Positions 36,622 to 47,575 of a stretch of DNA of 64,000 nt are shown here, one piece after another. A program made the translations under genes and the position numbers. The DNA lies in assembly GCA_963743355.1 (NCBI GenBank), contig CAVUPM010000002.1:2631766-2695765 (forward strand), written 5' to 3'. Within the stretch, counting starts at the first letter, position 1; the number at the start of each line of letters is the position of its first letter. A model generated the notes under the pieces. The model did not search any database. It saw nothing but the letters and a program-made list of their open reading frames with translations, and was not told where the DNA came from. This DNA is from an uncultured Candidatus Rokubacteria bacterium. GTDB lineage: Bacteria > Methylomirabilota > Methylomirabilia > Rokubacteriales > CSP1-6.

Positions 36622-37599
36622 TCAGGCTGTTGCGGCGGCCCGGGCGCGCGCCCGGTACTTCTCCAGATTGCCGCCCGACTTCAGCTTGCCCGGCAGCGGG
36701 TGACCGACCACGCGCTCGGCCAGCTGGCCCGCCTCGATCATCGCGTCGAGGTCGATGCCGGTCTCGACGCCCATCTCCTGGCAGAGGAACACCACGTCCT
36801 CGGTGGTGACGTTGCCGGCCGCGCCCTTGTGGGCGGCGAACGGGCAGCCGCCCATGCCGGCCACCGCGCTGTCGAAGCAGTCGACGCCCATCTCGAGCGC
36901 GGCGACGACGTTGGCGACGGCCAGCGCGCGCGTGTCGTGCAGGTGCAGCTTGATCGGGCGTGCTCGGCCAGCGCTCGCGCACGGCGCCCGACCAGGCGCT
37001 TGATCTGCAGCGGATTGGCCCAGCCCATCGTGTCGGCGAGGCTGATGTTGCCGAGGCGCGAGCCGCACGCGTTCGCCTTCTGCTCGACCTTCTGGAGCAC
37101 GGTCACCACGTGCCGGGGGTCCACGTCGCCCTCGTAGTTGCAGCCGAACGCGGCCATCACGCCCGACGTCGAACCAGTCCATGCCGAGCTTCTGGTAGCG
37201 CTCGGCCCAGCCCGGCAGCTCCTCCAGGCGCTCGTCGACGCTGCGGTTGGTGTTCTTGCGCATGAAGGTGTCGGTGCCGGCCACGCTGAACATCGGGCGC
37301 AGCGCGAGCGAGTCGCGCAGCTTGGCGGCGCGCTCGAGCCCCGCCTCGTTGAGCCAGATCGCCTCGTAGGCGACGCCGGGCACGCGCTTGATGCCGGCCA
37401 CCATCTGCTCGGCGTCGGCCATCTGCGGCACCCACTTCGGGCTCACGAACGAGGTGAACTCGATCGTCTTCACGCCGGTGTCGGAGAGCGCGTCGACCAG
37501 CGAGATCTTGTCGGCCAGGCTGATCGCGCCCTTCTCGAACTGGAAGCCCTCGCGCGGGCCCACTTCCTTGATCTTGACGGACTTCGGCAGGTCGCTCAT
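36622..37599 (-). pseudogene. Hydroxymethylglutaryl-CoA lyase (HMGL-like, DRE-TIM family) with 2 frameshifts
   Basis: [62 protein letters not shown]… | …AAFGCNYEGDVDPRHVVTVLQKVEQKANACG…ISLADTMGWANPLQIKRLV | …IKLHLHDTRALAVANVVAALEMGVDCFDSAVAGMGGCPFA…. Confidence 0.7.
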
Positions 37600-38791
37600 C
37601 CGATGACCCTCCGTGACGCCAGCGCGTCGATGTCGTCCTTCGAGAGCCCGAACTCCGCGAGCACTTCGCGGGTGTGCTCGCCCAGCCGCGGCGCCGGGCG
37701 GCGCAGGCCGAACTCGTACGCCGTGCTGCGCACCGGCATCTTCGGCAGCTTGGCCGGCGGCCGCGGCCGGGCAGCGGCGTGTCCACGAACTGCTCCGACG
37801 CGTTCAGGTGCGGATCGTCCACGAGCTGATCGGGCCGGCGCAGCGGCGCGAACGGGATCCGCGCGCGCTCCAGCCGCTCGGCCAGCTCGGCGCTCGGGTA
37901 GCGCAGCATCTCCTCGGCGATGCGCGCCGGGCAGCCAGCCGCGCGCGGCGACGCGCTTGGCGTTGTCGCTCGAGCCGCTCGTCGGCCAGCAGATCGTCGA
38001 GCGCCGAACTCCGTGCAGAAGCGCTCCCAGTGCGCGTTGGACGTGATGCCGATGAAGACCTGCTCGCCGTCGGCGGCGGTGAAGAGCTGGTAGATGCCCC
38101 AGCCCATGCGCGTGCCCTGGCGGATCTCCGGCATCGGCACCGACGGCTCGCCGGTGGCCGCCGTAGTTGCGCCAGCCACTGGCCCACCCAGAACACCGTC
38201 GTCTCGTAGAGGCCCGAGGTGATCTTCTGCCCGCGGCCGGTGCTGCGCGCGCTGCTGGAGCGCGGCGAGCACCGCGATCACGCCGTAGGCGGCGGCGCCG
38301 ACGTCCACGATCGAGGCGCCCGCGCGCATCGGCTGGCCGCGCGGCCCGGTCATGAACGCGAGCCCGGCCGACATCTGCGCCAGCTCGTCGAGAAACGGCC
38401 GCGCCTCGTACGGGCCCGGGCAGGAAGCCCTTGAGCGCCAGGTAGATGATGCCGGGTTCACGCGCGCCAGGACGTCGTAGCCGAGGCCCAGGCCTTCCAC
38501 GGCGCCGTAGGCGAAGTTGTCGATGACCACGTCCGAGCCGCGCGACCAGGCGCAGGAACAGCTCGCGGCCCTCGGTCGAGCCCTTGAGGTCGATCGCGAT
38601 GCTGCGCTTGTTGCGGTTGAGGAAGTGGAAGTTGGCGCCGTTGCCGGCCGGCATGCCGCGCGTCTGGTCGCCCTCGCCCGGCCGCTCCACCTTGATGACG
38701 TCGGCGCCGAGGTCGGCGAGCAGGAGGCCGGCCGAGGGCCCGGCGATGATGTGGCCGAGCTCGAGGACGCGCAGGCCGTCGAGCGGCAGCA
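37596..38791 (-). pseudogene. Family III CoA-transferase (CaiB/BaiF-like) with multiple frameshifts
   Basis: …[48 protein letters not shown]… continues to …[29 protein letters not shown], then other-frame pieces …[19 protein letters not shown]… and …[21 protein letters not shown]. The stop overlaps the hmgL-like ATG in an ATGA arrangement. Confidence 0.7.
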
Positions 38792-38888
38792 CGGCCGCAT
38801 CATACCGCCTTGACAACCCCCGGGGCGCTGGCGCAGTTTTGGGCCGCCCGTTGACCGGCGCGCGAAGCCGGCAGAGAGAGAGGACGCA

Positions 38889-40163
38889 ATGAAGCGCACT
38901 CCGTCCATCCGGACGATGGCCCTGATCGTGGCCGCCGTCGCCACCGTGGCGCTCGCCCTCGCCACGCCGTTTGTCGCCCGCGCGCAAAACCCCATCAAGC
39001 TCGGCTTCGGCATGGCCATGACCGGGGGGCTCTCCGCGAACGGCAAGCCGGCGTTGCTGGCGCTTCAGATCTGGAAGGACGACGTCAACAAGAGGGGCGG
39101 GCTGCTCGGCCGGCCGGTGGAGCTGGTCTACTACGACGACCAGACGAACCCGGCCACGGTGCCCGGGATCTACACGAAGCTGCTCGACGTCGACAAGGTC
39201 GACCTCGTCATCTCCGGCTACGGCACGAACCTCATCGCGCCGCTCATGCCGATCGCGATGGAGCGCAAGCTGACCATCATCGGGATGTTCGGCCTGGCCA
39301 ACAACGAGAAGTACCAGTACCCGAACTACTTCCAGATCCAGCCGGCCGGGCCCGACCCGCAGACCAGCACGGCCATAGGCTTCTTCGAGCTGGCCGCCAA
39401 GCAGAATCCCAGGCCGCAGACCGTCGCGCTGGTGGGCGCCGACGCCGAGTACCCGCAGAACGCGCTGGTGGGCGCGCGCGACCTGATCAAGAAGTTCGGC
39501 TTCAAGACGGTCTACGACAAGACCTACCCGCCCAGCACCGTCGACTACACGCCGATCGTGCGCGCGATCAAGGCGACCAACCCCGACATCGTCTTCGTGG
39601 CCTCCTATCCGCCGGACTCGGTCGGCATGCTGCGCGCGGCCCACGAGGTCGGCCTGCAGCCCAAGATCTTCGGCGGCGGCATGGTCGGGCTGATGTTCAC
39701 GACGGTGATGACGAGCATGGGGCCACTGCTCAATGGCATCGTGAACTACGACTTCTGGGCGCCCGAGCCGCCGTTCCTCGCGATGCCAGGCGTCAAGGAG
39801 TTCCTGAAGGAGTACCAGGCGCGCGCCGAGAAGGCCGGCGTCGATCCGCTCGGGTACTACCTGCCGCCCTACTCGTACGCAGTCGGTCAGGTGCTCGGTC
39901 AGGCCGTCGCGGCCACCAAGAGCGTCGACCAGCAGAAGATCGCCGACTATATCCGCGCCACCGAGTTCAACACGATCGTCGGGAAGGTGAAGTTCGGCAA
40001 GAACGGCGAGTGGGCCAAGGGCCGGACGCTCATGGTCCAGTACCAGAAGATTCAAGGCACCGGCATCGACCAGTTCCGCGGGCCGGGCAAGAAGGTCGTC
40101 CTCTACCCCGACGATCTCAAGTCCGGGGCCATCATCTACCCGTACTCGGCGGCGAAGAACTAG
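38889..40163 (+). CDS. Branched-chain amino acid-type ABC transporter substrate-binding protein (LivJ/LivK, Peripla_BP_6 family)
   Basis: 424 aa with a signal peptide ([33 protein letters not shown]). First gene of a five-gene liv-type operon. Confidence 0.8.
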   Translation: MKRTPSIRTMALIVAAVATVALALATPFVARAQNPIKLGFGMAMTGGLSANGKPALLALQIWKDDVNKRGGLLGRPVELVYYDDQTNPATVPGIYTKLLDVDKVDLVISGYGTNLIAPLMPIAMERKLTIIGMFGLANNEKYQYPNYFQIQPAGPDPQTSTAIGFFELAAKQNPRPQTVALVGADAEYPQNALVGARDLIKKFGFKTVYDKTYPPSTVDYTPIVRAIKATNPDIVFVASYPPDSVGMLRAAHEVGLQPKIFGGGMVGLMFTTVMTSMGPLLNGIVNYDFWAPEPPFLAMPGVKEFLKEYQARAEKAGVDPLGYYLPPYSYAVGQVLGQAVAATKSVDQQKIADYIRATEFNTIVGKVKFGKNGEWAKGRTLMVQYQKIQGTGIDQFRGPGKKVVLYPDDLKSGAIIYPYSAAKN

Positions 40164-40175
40164 CGCGAGCGCTCC

Positions 40176-41048
40176 CTGTTCTCCTGGGACCTGCTCGCCA
40201 ACGCGGTCGTCTCTGGGCTGCTGATCGGCGGCTTCTACGCCGCCGTCAGCCTCGGTATCTCGTTGATCTTCGGGCTGCTCGACATCGCGAACATCGCGCA
40301 GCCGGCGTTCGTGATCCTCGGCTCGTACGCGGCGTACGTGATGAACACCGCCTACGGGCTCGACCCGATCCTCACCGGGCTCCTGTTCACGCCGGTGTTC
40401 TACGTGCTCGGGGCGGCCGTCTATCGCGTCTACTACGGTAGCTTCGAGCGTCGAGGCGAGGAGTCGCTGCGGGGGCTGGTCTTCTTCTTCGGCATCCTCT
40501 TCATCATGGAGGTGAGCCTCAGCCTGAAGTTCGGCGTCGACTACCGGCTGGTGCAGGCGTGGTACATCGGCCCGTCGATCGAGCTGGGCGGCGTCGGGAT
40601 CGCCTTCCGCTATCTGGTGCCGTGCATCGTCGGGATCGCGATGACGGTGGCGCTCTACCTGTTCCTGGGCCGGACGTTCTACGGGCGGGCCATCATGGCG
40701 GTGTCCCAGGATCGCCTGGCGCTGCGGCTGATGGGCGCCAATCCGGTCCACATCAAGACGATCGCCTTCGGCATCGGCATCGCGGCCGCCAGCCTGGCCG
40801 GCGCGCTCCTGATCAGCATCGCGCCGGTGGTGCCGTCGACCGACCGCGACTACATCGGCCGGATGTTCGCCATCACGGTCCTGGGTGGCATGGGCTCCAT
40901 CGGGGGCACGCTGGTGGCCGCCGTCATCCTCGGCGTGATCGAGAGCCTGATGGCGACCTTCGCCGGTCCGTCGTGGTCGCTGGCGGTGTCGTTCGGCATC
41001 CTCCTCATGGCGCTCGCCGTGCGGCCGGCCGGGCTGTTCGGGCGGTAG
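40176..41048 (+). CDS. livH: Branched-chain amino acid ABC transporter permease (LivH-like); start codon uncertain
   Basis: …[50 protein letters not shown]… has about 8 TM segments. No canonical ATG/GTG lies in frame near the expected start. Confidence 0.7.
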   Translation: MFSWDLLANAVVSGLLIGGFYAAVSLGISLIFGLLDIANIAQPAFVILGSYAAYVMNTAYGLDPILTGLLFTPVFYVLGAAVYRVYYGSFERRGEESLRGLVFFFGILFIMEVSLSLKFGVDYRLVQAWYIGPSIELGGVGIAFRYLVPCIVGIAMTVALYLFLGRTFYGRAIMAVSQDRLALRLMGANPVHIKTIAFGIGIAAASLAGALLISIAPVVPSTDRDYIGRMFAITVLGGMGSIGGTLVAAVILGVIESLMATFAGPSWSLAVSFGILLMALAVRPAGLFGR

Positions 41049-41984
41049 ATGCGGCGCACCAGTGTCGTGCTCCTGGTCGCCGTGGCCGTCGTGGCGGCCG
41101 GGATCGCGCTGGCCGGGCTGCGCGTGAACCCGTACGTCTACTTCGCCGGCTACGTCATTCTCCAGTACGTCGTCATCGCGACGGCGTGGAACATCCTCGG
41201 CGGCTACGCCGGCTACGTGAACTTCGGCACGCCGGCGTTCTTCGCCATGGGGGCGTACACCGCGGTCGCCCTCATCCAGTGGGTGCGGGCGCCGCTGCCA
41301 GTGCTGATCCTCGCCGGCGGGCTCGTGGCCGCCCTGCTCGGGCTCGGCATCGGCTATCTCACGCTGCGTCTGCGCGGCACCTTCTTCTCCATCGCGACCC
41401 TGGCCCTGTCGGTCGTCCTGCAGACGATGATGATCAACTGGGAGTACGTCGGTGGCTCGCGAGGGATCAGCGTGATCCGCCCGAGCGGGCCGCCGTTCGG
41501 CAGCTACGTGACGTTCCTGTTCACGGTGATGGTCGGGCTCGCCGTCGTCGCGGTGCTCGTCGCGCGGTTCATCGAGCGGTCCTGGATCGGCCGCGGCCTG
41601 GCGGCGCTGCGGGACAACGAGGAGGCGGCCGAGTGCATGGGGGTGCCCACCCTGCGCCTCAAGCTCTTCGCCACGACCGTCAGCGGCTTCTTCCTGGGCG
41701 TCGCCGGCGCACCGTTCCCCTACTACGTGACCTTCGTCGAGCCCAACTCGGCCTTCGCCCTCGACTACGCGGTGAACGCGCTGGCCATGCCGATGATCGG
41801 CGGCACCACGAGCTGGGTGGGCCCGGTCATCGGCGCCGTGCTGCTCGGGACCGCCCAGCAGCTCGCCACCGTGACGATCTCCTCCGAGCTGAACTTGTTG
41901 ATCGTCGGCGTCGTGCTGGTCGCCTTCGTCGTCGTCGCCCCCGAGGGCATCCTCGGCCTGGTGCGGCGCCTGCGGGGCCGCTGA
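41049..41984 (+). CDS. livM: Branched-chain amino acid ABC transporter permease (LivM-like)
   Basis: 311 aa polytopic permease immediately following livH. Confidence 0.8.
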   Translation: MRRTSVVLLVAVAVVAAGIALAGLRVNPYVYFAGYVILQYVVIATAWNILGGYAGYVNFGTPAFFAMGAYTAVALIQWVRAPLPVLILAGGLVAALLGLGIGYLTLRLRGTFFSIATLALSVVLQTMMINWEYVGGSRGISVIRPSGPPFGSYVTFLFTVMVGLAVVAVLVARFIERSWIGRGLAALRDNEEAAECMGVPTLRLKLFATTVSGFFLGVAGAPFPYYVTFVEPNSAFALDYAVNALAMPMIGGTTSWVGPVIGAVLLGTAQQLATVTISSELNLLIVGVVLVAFVVVAPEGILGLVRRLRGR

Positions 41985-42700
41985 TGGCCGCGGCGCTGCT
42001 CGAGGTGCAGGGCATCGTCAAGCGGTTCGGCGGGTTCACCGCGCTCAACCGGGTGACGCTGCACGTCAAGGCGGGGGAGCGGTTCGGTCTCATCGGCCCC
42101 AACGGCTCGGGCAAGACCACGCTCATCAACTGCGTGTCCGGCGCGCTCCACGCGGACGAGGGCCGGGTCCTCTTCGAGGGCCGGGACATCACGACGCTGG
42201 CGGCTCACCGGCGGACCCGGCTCGGCATCGCGCGGAGCTTTCAGATCCCCAAGCCGTTCACCAGCATGACGGTCCGCGACAACCTCGGCATCCCGCTGGA
42301 GTACGCGGGGCACGGGCGCGCCCACGACGGCGCCGAGGCGGACGAGATCCTCCGGGCCATCGGGCTCGAGGCCAAGGCGCACCTGCGGCCGGCCGGCCTG
42401 ACGCAGATCGAGATGCGCAAGCTGGAGCTGGCCCGCGCGATGGCGGCGCGGCCCAAGCTGCTGATCTCCGACGAGGCCATGGCCGGGCTCTCCAGCGCCG
42501 AGGTGGACGACATCCTGGCCATCCTGTTCCGGCTGAACGCCCAGGGCATCACGATCATCATGATCGAGCACATCATGCGGGCGGTGATGCGCTTCTCCGA
42601 GCGCATCGTGGTGCTCGATGCCGGCGAGCGGATCGCCGAGGGAACGCCGGAAGAGGTCGTGCGGAACCCGGCCGTGGAGAAGGCCTACCTTGGCGAGTAG
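41984..42700 (+). CDS. livG: Branched-chain amino acid ABC transporter ATP-binding protein (LivG-like)
   Basis: [44 protein letters not shown] 1-nt overlap with the livM stop. Confidence 0.8.
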   Translation: MAAALLEVQGIVKRFGGFTALNRVTLHVKAGERFGLIGPNGSGKTTLINCVSGALHADEGRVLFEGRDITTLAAHRRTRLGIARSFQIPKPFTSMTVRDNLGIPLEYAGHGRAHDGAEADEILRAIGLEAKAHLRPAGLTQIEMRKLELARAMAARPKLLISDEAMAGLSSAEVDDILAILFRLNAQGITIIMIEHIMRAVMRFSERIVVLDAGERIAEGTPEEVVRNPAVEKAYLGE

Positions 42701-43421
42701 GCTCGTGGTCCGCAACGTGGACGCCGGCTACGGCGCCGTGCAGGTGCTGCACGGCGTCTCCCTGGAGGTCCGCGAGGGCGAGACGGTCGCCCTCCTCGGC
42801 ACCAACGGCAACGGCAAGAGCACCCTGATCAAGTGCATCATGGGCATCGTGCCGCCGGAGGCCGGCGAGATCTTCCTGGAAACGGACGACGCCCGCATCG
42901 ATCTCACGCGCAAGTCCACGGAGGAGATCGTCGGCCTCGGCATCGCCCTGGTGCCGGAGGGGCGGCGCCTCTTTCCCAGGCTCACCGTGGAGGAGAACCT
43001 GCTCCTCGGCGCCTATCGGACGGAGGCCCGGGCCGGCATCGCCCGCAACCTGGCCTTCTCCTTCGAGGCATTCCCGGTGCTGCGCGAGCGGCGGCGTCAG
43101 CTGGCCGGCAGCATGAGCGGCGGCGAGCAGCAGATGCTGGCGGTGGCCCGTGCGCTCATGTCGTCGCCGCGCATCCTGCTCGTCGACGAGCCGTCGGTGG
43201 GGCTGGCGCCCATCCTCGTGAGCCGCGTGATCGCCAAGATCAAGGAGCTGAAGGAGCAGTACCAGCTCACCGTCCTCATGGCCGAGCAGAACTTCAACCA
43301 GGCGACCAAGATCGCCGACCGCGGCTACATCATCGTCCACGGCAAGATCGAGTTCGAGGGCCGCAACACCCGCGAGCTGCGCGAGAACGAGCTGGTCAAG
43401 AAGTACTACCTCGGCGTGTAG
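42690..43421 (+). CDS. livF: Branched-chain amino acid ABC transporter ATP-binding protein (LivF-like)
   Basis: GTNGNGKSTLIK, MSGGEQQMLAVARALMSSPRILLVDEPSVGLAP. The start is a TTG or GTG overlapping the livG end. Confidence 0.75.
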   Translation: MASRLVVRNVDAGYGAVQVLHGVSLEVREGETVALLGTNGNGKSTLIKCIMGIVPPEAGEIFLETDDARIDLTRKSTEEIVGLGIALVPEGRRLFPRLTVEENLLLGAYRTEARAGIARNLAFSFEAFPVLRERRRQLAGSMSGGEQQMLAVARALMSSPRILLVDEPSVGLAPILVSRVIAKIKELKEQYQLTVLMAEQNFNQATKIADRGYIIVHGKIEFEGRNTRELRENELVKKYYLGV

Positions 43422-43478
43422 CGCTGTCTACAATCTGAGACTCTTGAACCCCGGGCACACGTACGGTAGAGCTCGTTC

Positions 43479-44137
43479 ATGAGCCCCACCGAATATCAGC
43501 AGCTCATCGAGTTCCTCGGGCAGAAGTTCGCCGAGGTGGACCAGCGCTTTGACGGCGTGGACCAGCGCCTGGGCAGGATGGACCAGCGCTTGGACAGGAT
43601 GGACCAGCGCTCGATGGCGTGGACCAGCGCCTGGACAGGATGGACCAGCGCTTCGATGGCGTGGACCAGCGCCTGGACAGGATGGACCAGCGCTTCGATG
43701 GCGTGGACCAGCGCCTGGACAGGATGGACCAGCGCTTCGATGGCGTGGACCAGCGCCTGGACAGGATGGACCAGCGCTTCGATGGCGTGGACCAGCGCCT
43801 GGACGGGGTGGACCAGCGATTCAACGAACTGGACCGGCGCTTCCTCGAAATAGACCGGCGCTTCACAGGTCTCGATGGCCGCTTCACCGGTCTGCACGAT
43901 GAACTTGCCGAGCTGCGGCGCGAGATGCTCGGCCACTTCGACGAGATCTATCGCCGCCTGGACCGCCTCGAGCAAGAGTACCAGGCGATCACCCAGGCCC
44001 TGCGGCGGATCGAGGCGGGACTGGCCGGCGAGCACCGGCGGCGAGAGATCATCGAGCGGGACATCGCCGAGCTGAAGCGGTACGTGGCGTCCCTCCAGGC
44101 GCGGATCGACGAGATCGAGCAGCGCCTCGGCAACTAG
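43479..44137 (+). CDS. Heptad-repeat coiled-coil protein made of tandem VDQRFDG/MDQRLDR repeats; contains a 1-nt deletion
   Basis: MSPTEYQQLIEFLGQKFAE(VDQRFDGVDQRLDRMDQR…)x about 10, then …EIDRRFTGLDGRFTGLHDELAELRREMLGHFDEIYRRLDRLEQEYQAITQALRRIE…IDEIEQRLGN. The frame breaks at about 43600, where one repeat reads CAGCGCTCGATGG instead of CAGCGCTTCGATGG. Confidence 0.6.
43527..43830 (+). repeat. Perfect 42-bp (2 x 21-bp) tandem DNA repeats inside the coiled-coil gene
   Basis: GACCAGCGCTTCGATGGCGTGGACCAGCGCCTGGACAGGATG is repeated about 5 times exactly, with degenerate copies at both ends. Confidence 0.85.
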
Positions 44138-44179
44138 ACCGTCGATCCACCCAGTTGCGCGTGGCCTATACTGGCTCGC

Positions 44180-45824
44180 GTGGACCTGACCGCTCCCGGG
44201 CGCCTCCGCCTGGGCTCCACGACCGCCCCCGCCAGCGACGAGCCGCTCACCGCGACCCGGAAGTGGACGATCACCGGCGCCGTGATGCTCGTCACCGTCA
44301 TGCAGGTGCTCGACGTCACCGTGACGAACGTCGCGCTGCCGCACATCCAGGGCTCGCTGTCGGCGGCCGTCGACGAGGTCTCGTGGGTGCTCACCTCCTA
44401 TCTCGCCGCCAACGCCATCATCCTGCCCGCGACGGGGTGGCTCGCCAGCGTCCTCGGGCGCAAGCGGCTGTTCCTCACGTGCACGGTCGTGTTCACGCTG
44501 GCCTCCATGCTCTGCGGGCTCGCCCCCAACATCGACGACGCTCCTGCTCGCGCGCATGCTGCAGGGCCTCGGCGGGGGACCGCTCATGCCCCTGTCCCAG
44601 GCGATCATGTGGGAGATCTTCCCGCTCCGGCAGCGGGGCATGGCCATGGCGGCGTGGGGCGTGGGCATCATGATGGCGCCGATCTTCGGCCCCACCCTCG
44701 GCGGCTGGATCTCGGACAACTGGTCGTGGCGCTGGATCTTCTACATCAACCTGCCCATCGGCGTCGTCGGCCTTCTCGTCGCCAGCGCCGTGCTCTTCGA
44801 TCCGCCGGTATCTCAAGAGGCCGGGGCGCATCGACGCGATCGGCCTCGTGCTCATGGCCGTCGGCTTCCTCTCGCTCCAGCTCTTCCTCGACCAGGGAGA
44901 GCGCAACGAGTGGTTCGACTCGTCGTTCGTCCTCGTCCTCGCCGTCCTGGCGGCGCTGGCGCTCGTCGGCTTCGTGGTGCGCGAGCTGACCGCCGACGAG
45001 CCGATCCTCGATCTCAGCGTGTACGCGCGACCGCAACTTCGCGGCGGGCAGCGTCATCATGCTCACCGTCATGATCGGCTTCTTCTCGAGCATGGTGCTC
45101 CTCGCCCTCTTCACCCAGAAGGTGCTGGGGTACGACGCGTGGACGTCGGGACTCGTGCTGGCGCCGGGTGGTGTCGGCAACCTGCTGTCGCTCGTCGTCG
45201 CGGGCCGGCTCATCACGCGCGTGGACCAGCGCTGGCTCCTCGCCCTTGGCTGCGCGCTCAACGCGTACGCGACGTACGAGATGTCCGACGGTCACGCTGG
45301 GCGTCGACTACTGGGCGCTGGCGTGGCCGCGGCTGGTCCAGGGCGTCGGCATCGGCTTCATCTTCGTCCCCCTCAACACGGTGGCGCTGGCGACGATCTC
45401 CCGGGAGCGGATGGGCAACGCGACCGTCCTGCTGAACGTCGTCAGGAACCTCGGCGGCGCCATCGGCGTCGCGCTCATGACCACGCTGCTGGCCCGGCGC
45501 ACCCAGGCAGCACCAGACCACGCTGGTCGGCCACGTCGACATCTGGGATGCGCGAGACGGCGGAGCGGCTCCAGGGCGTGGGCGACGCACTTCACGGCCC
45601 AGGGCGCCGACAGCTTCACGGCGGAACGGCGCGCCGTGGGCATGCTCTACCAGGAGGTGACGCGGCAGGCGCAGCTCCTGGCCTTCGCCGACGACTTCTG
45701 GCTGCTCTTCCTGCTGTTCTGCGGCTCGCTCGTTCTCCTGCCGATGCTGAGCCGGGTGCGCATCGTGCCCTCGACCCGCCGGGAGGCGGACGAGGTCGCG
45801 CCGCCTGTCGTGCACGCCGAGTGA
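44180..45824 (+). pseudogene. MFS transporter (DHA2/EmrB-QacA-like, 14-TM type) with at least 6 frameshifts
   Basis: Conserved MFS blocks are present but spread over three frames: …VMLVTVMQVLDVTVTNVALPHIQGSL…, …LARMLQGLGGGPLMPLSQAIMWEIFPLRQRGMAMAAWG…, …AGSVIMLTVMIGFFSSMVLLALFTQKVLGYDAW…, …LAWPRLVQGVGIGFIFVPLNTVALATIS…. Confidence 0.7.
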
Positions 45825-45885
45825 CGCGGGGCGGGCATCCGGGCGGCAGGTTGCGCAACCGGCAGGCGCGTTCTATCCTCGGTCG

Positions 45886-47439
45886 ATGATCGTTCCGCTC
45901 ACGCTGGTGGACTTTCTCGAGCGCGCCGAGGTGCGTGTACGGCGACCGCGTGGCCGTGGTCGACGAGCCGAGCCCGCCCGGCGGCGGCCTCGGCCGCTTC
46001 ACCTACGCGCAGTTCGGCGCGATGGCGCGCAGCCTGGCCGCCGCCCTCGACGACCTCGGCGTCGGCCAGGACGAGCGCGTGGCCATCGTCTCGCCCAACG
46101 CCGCGCGCTTCCTGGTGAGCCTGTTCGGCGTCAGCGCCTACGGCCGGATCCTGGTGCCGGTGAACTTCCGCCTCAACGCCGAGGAGATCCGCTACATCCT
46201 CGAGCACTCCGGGCTCCTCGGTGCTGCTGGTCGATCCCGAGCTCGACGAGCCGCTGCGCGACATCCCGGTCAAGCACCGCATCGTGCTCGGCACCGCCAG
46301 CGACCCGCAGCTCTTCCTGCGCCAGGGCGCGCACGCCGCAGCTGCGGCGTGGCCGACGAGAACGCCACCGCGTCGATCAACTACACGTCCGGCACCACCG
46401 CGCGCCCCAAGGGCGTGCAGCTCACCCACCGCAACTGCTGGCTCAACGCGGTGACCTTCGGCTGGCACCTGGCGCTGACCGATCGCGACGTGTATCTGCA
46501 CACGCTGCCGACCTTCCACTGCAACGGCTGGGGCATGCCGTACGCGGTGACCGGCATGGGCGTGCGCCAGGTCATCATCCGCAAGATCGACGGCGAGGAG
46601 ATCCTGCGCGCGATCGAGGCCGAGGGCGTGACCCTCCTCAACTGCGCGCCCGCCGTGGTCGCCGCCGTCGCTCGACGCCGCCGCCGCGCGGCGCGGCCAA
46701 GGGCGTGGCGGTGCCGGGCCGCGGCCGCGTGCGGGTGGTGGTCGCCGGCGCGCCGCCGCCGTCCAGGACGATCGAGCGGGTCGAGACGGAGCTCGGCTGG
46801 GAGTTCATCCAGATCTACGGGCTCACCGAGACCGCGCCGCTGCTGACGATCAACCGCGCGCCGGCGGAGTGGGACGGGCTCGACGCCGCGGAGCGGGCCA
46901 GGCGCCTGTCGCGCGCGGGCGTGCCGGCGGTCGGCGTGCAGCATGCGCGTGGACGCCGAGGGCGAGGTGCTGGCGCGCTCCAACCACGTCTTCGAGGGGT
47001 ACTGGAACCAGCCGGAGGAGACGGCCAAGGCCATCGACGACGGCTGGTTCCACACGGGCGACGGCGGCTACCGCGAGGACGCCTACGTCGTCATCAGCGA
47101 CCGCAAGAAGGACGTGATCATCACCGGCGGCGAGAACGTCTCGTCGATCGAGGTGGAGGACTGCCTGTTCCAGCACCCGGCGGTGGCCGAGGTCGCGGTG
47201 ATCGGCGTGCCCGACGAGAAGTGGGGCGAGACGATCAAGGCGCTCGTCGTGCTCCGCCCCGGCGCCAGCCGCCACCGAGCGCGATCTCATCGAGCACTGC
47301 CGCGGCCGCATGGCGCACTACAAGTGCCCGACCTCGGTCGAGCTGCGCGACGCGCTGACGCGCACGGCGACCGGGCAAGCTGCAGAAGTTCAAGCTGCGC
47401 GAGCCGTACTGGGCCGGCCGTACGCGTCGGGTTAATTAG
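45886..47439 (+). pseudogene. AMP-dependent acyl-CoA synthetase/ligase (FadD-like) with multiple frameshifts
   Basis: …NYTSGTTARPKGVQLTHRNCW…, …LHTLPTFHCNGWGMPYAV…, …IYGLTETAPLL…, …[36 protein letters not shown]…[21 protein letters not shown]… are all present but in shifting frames. The TAG stop at 47437 abuts repeat copy F. Confidence 0.7.
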
Positions 47440-47575
47440 ATGGGGGGCCCCGATATGGCCCCCCATACCCCCCGGCGCTCGTCGCGCCCCGGCGAAGCCG
47501 CGGCGCTCCTCGATCCCCGGCGCTCGTCGCGCCCCGGCGGAGCCGCGGCGCTCCTCGATCGCGGGCGCGCCCAAT
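47431..47575 (+). repeat. Intergenic palindrome-containing repeat, copy F, with an internal 45-bp tandem duplication
   Basis: TTAATTAGATGGGGGGCCCCGATATGGCCCCCCATACC, then CCCGGCGCTCGTCGCGCCCCGGCG(A/G)AGCCGCGGCGCTCCTCGATC twice (47471-47515 and 47516-47560). Confidence 0.7.

Noticed and set aside
43527-43830. Regular short repeats that might be taken for a CRISPR array
   Set aside because: The units are contiguous with no spacers, lie within a protein-coding frame, and encode heptad repeats.
43496-44719. A 407-aa minus-strand ORF opposite the coiled-coil gene
   Set aside because: Antisense reading of the tandem repeats. The sense frame gives a coherent heptad-repeat protein.
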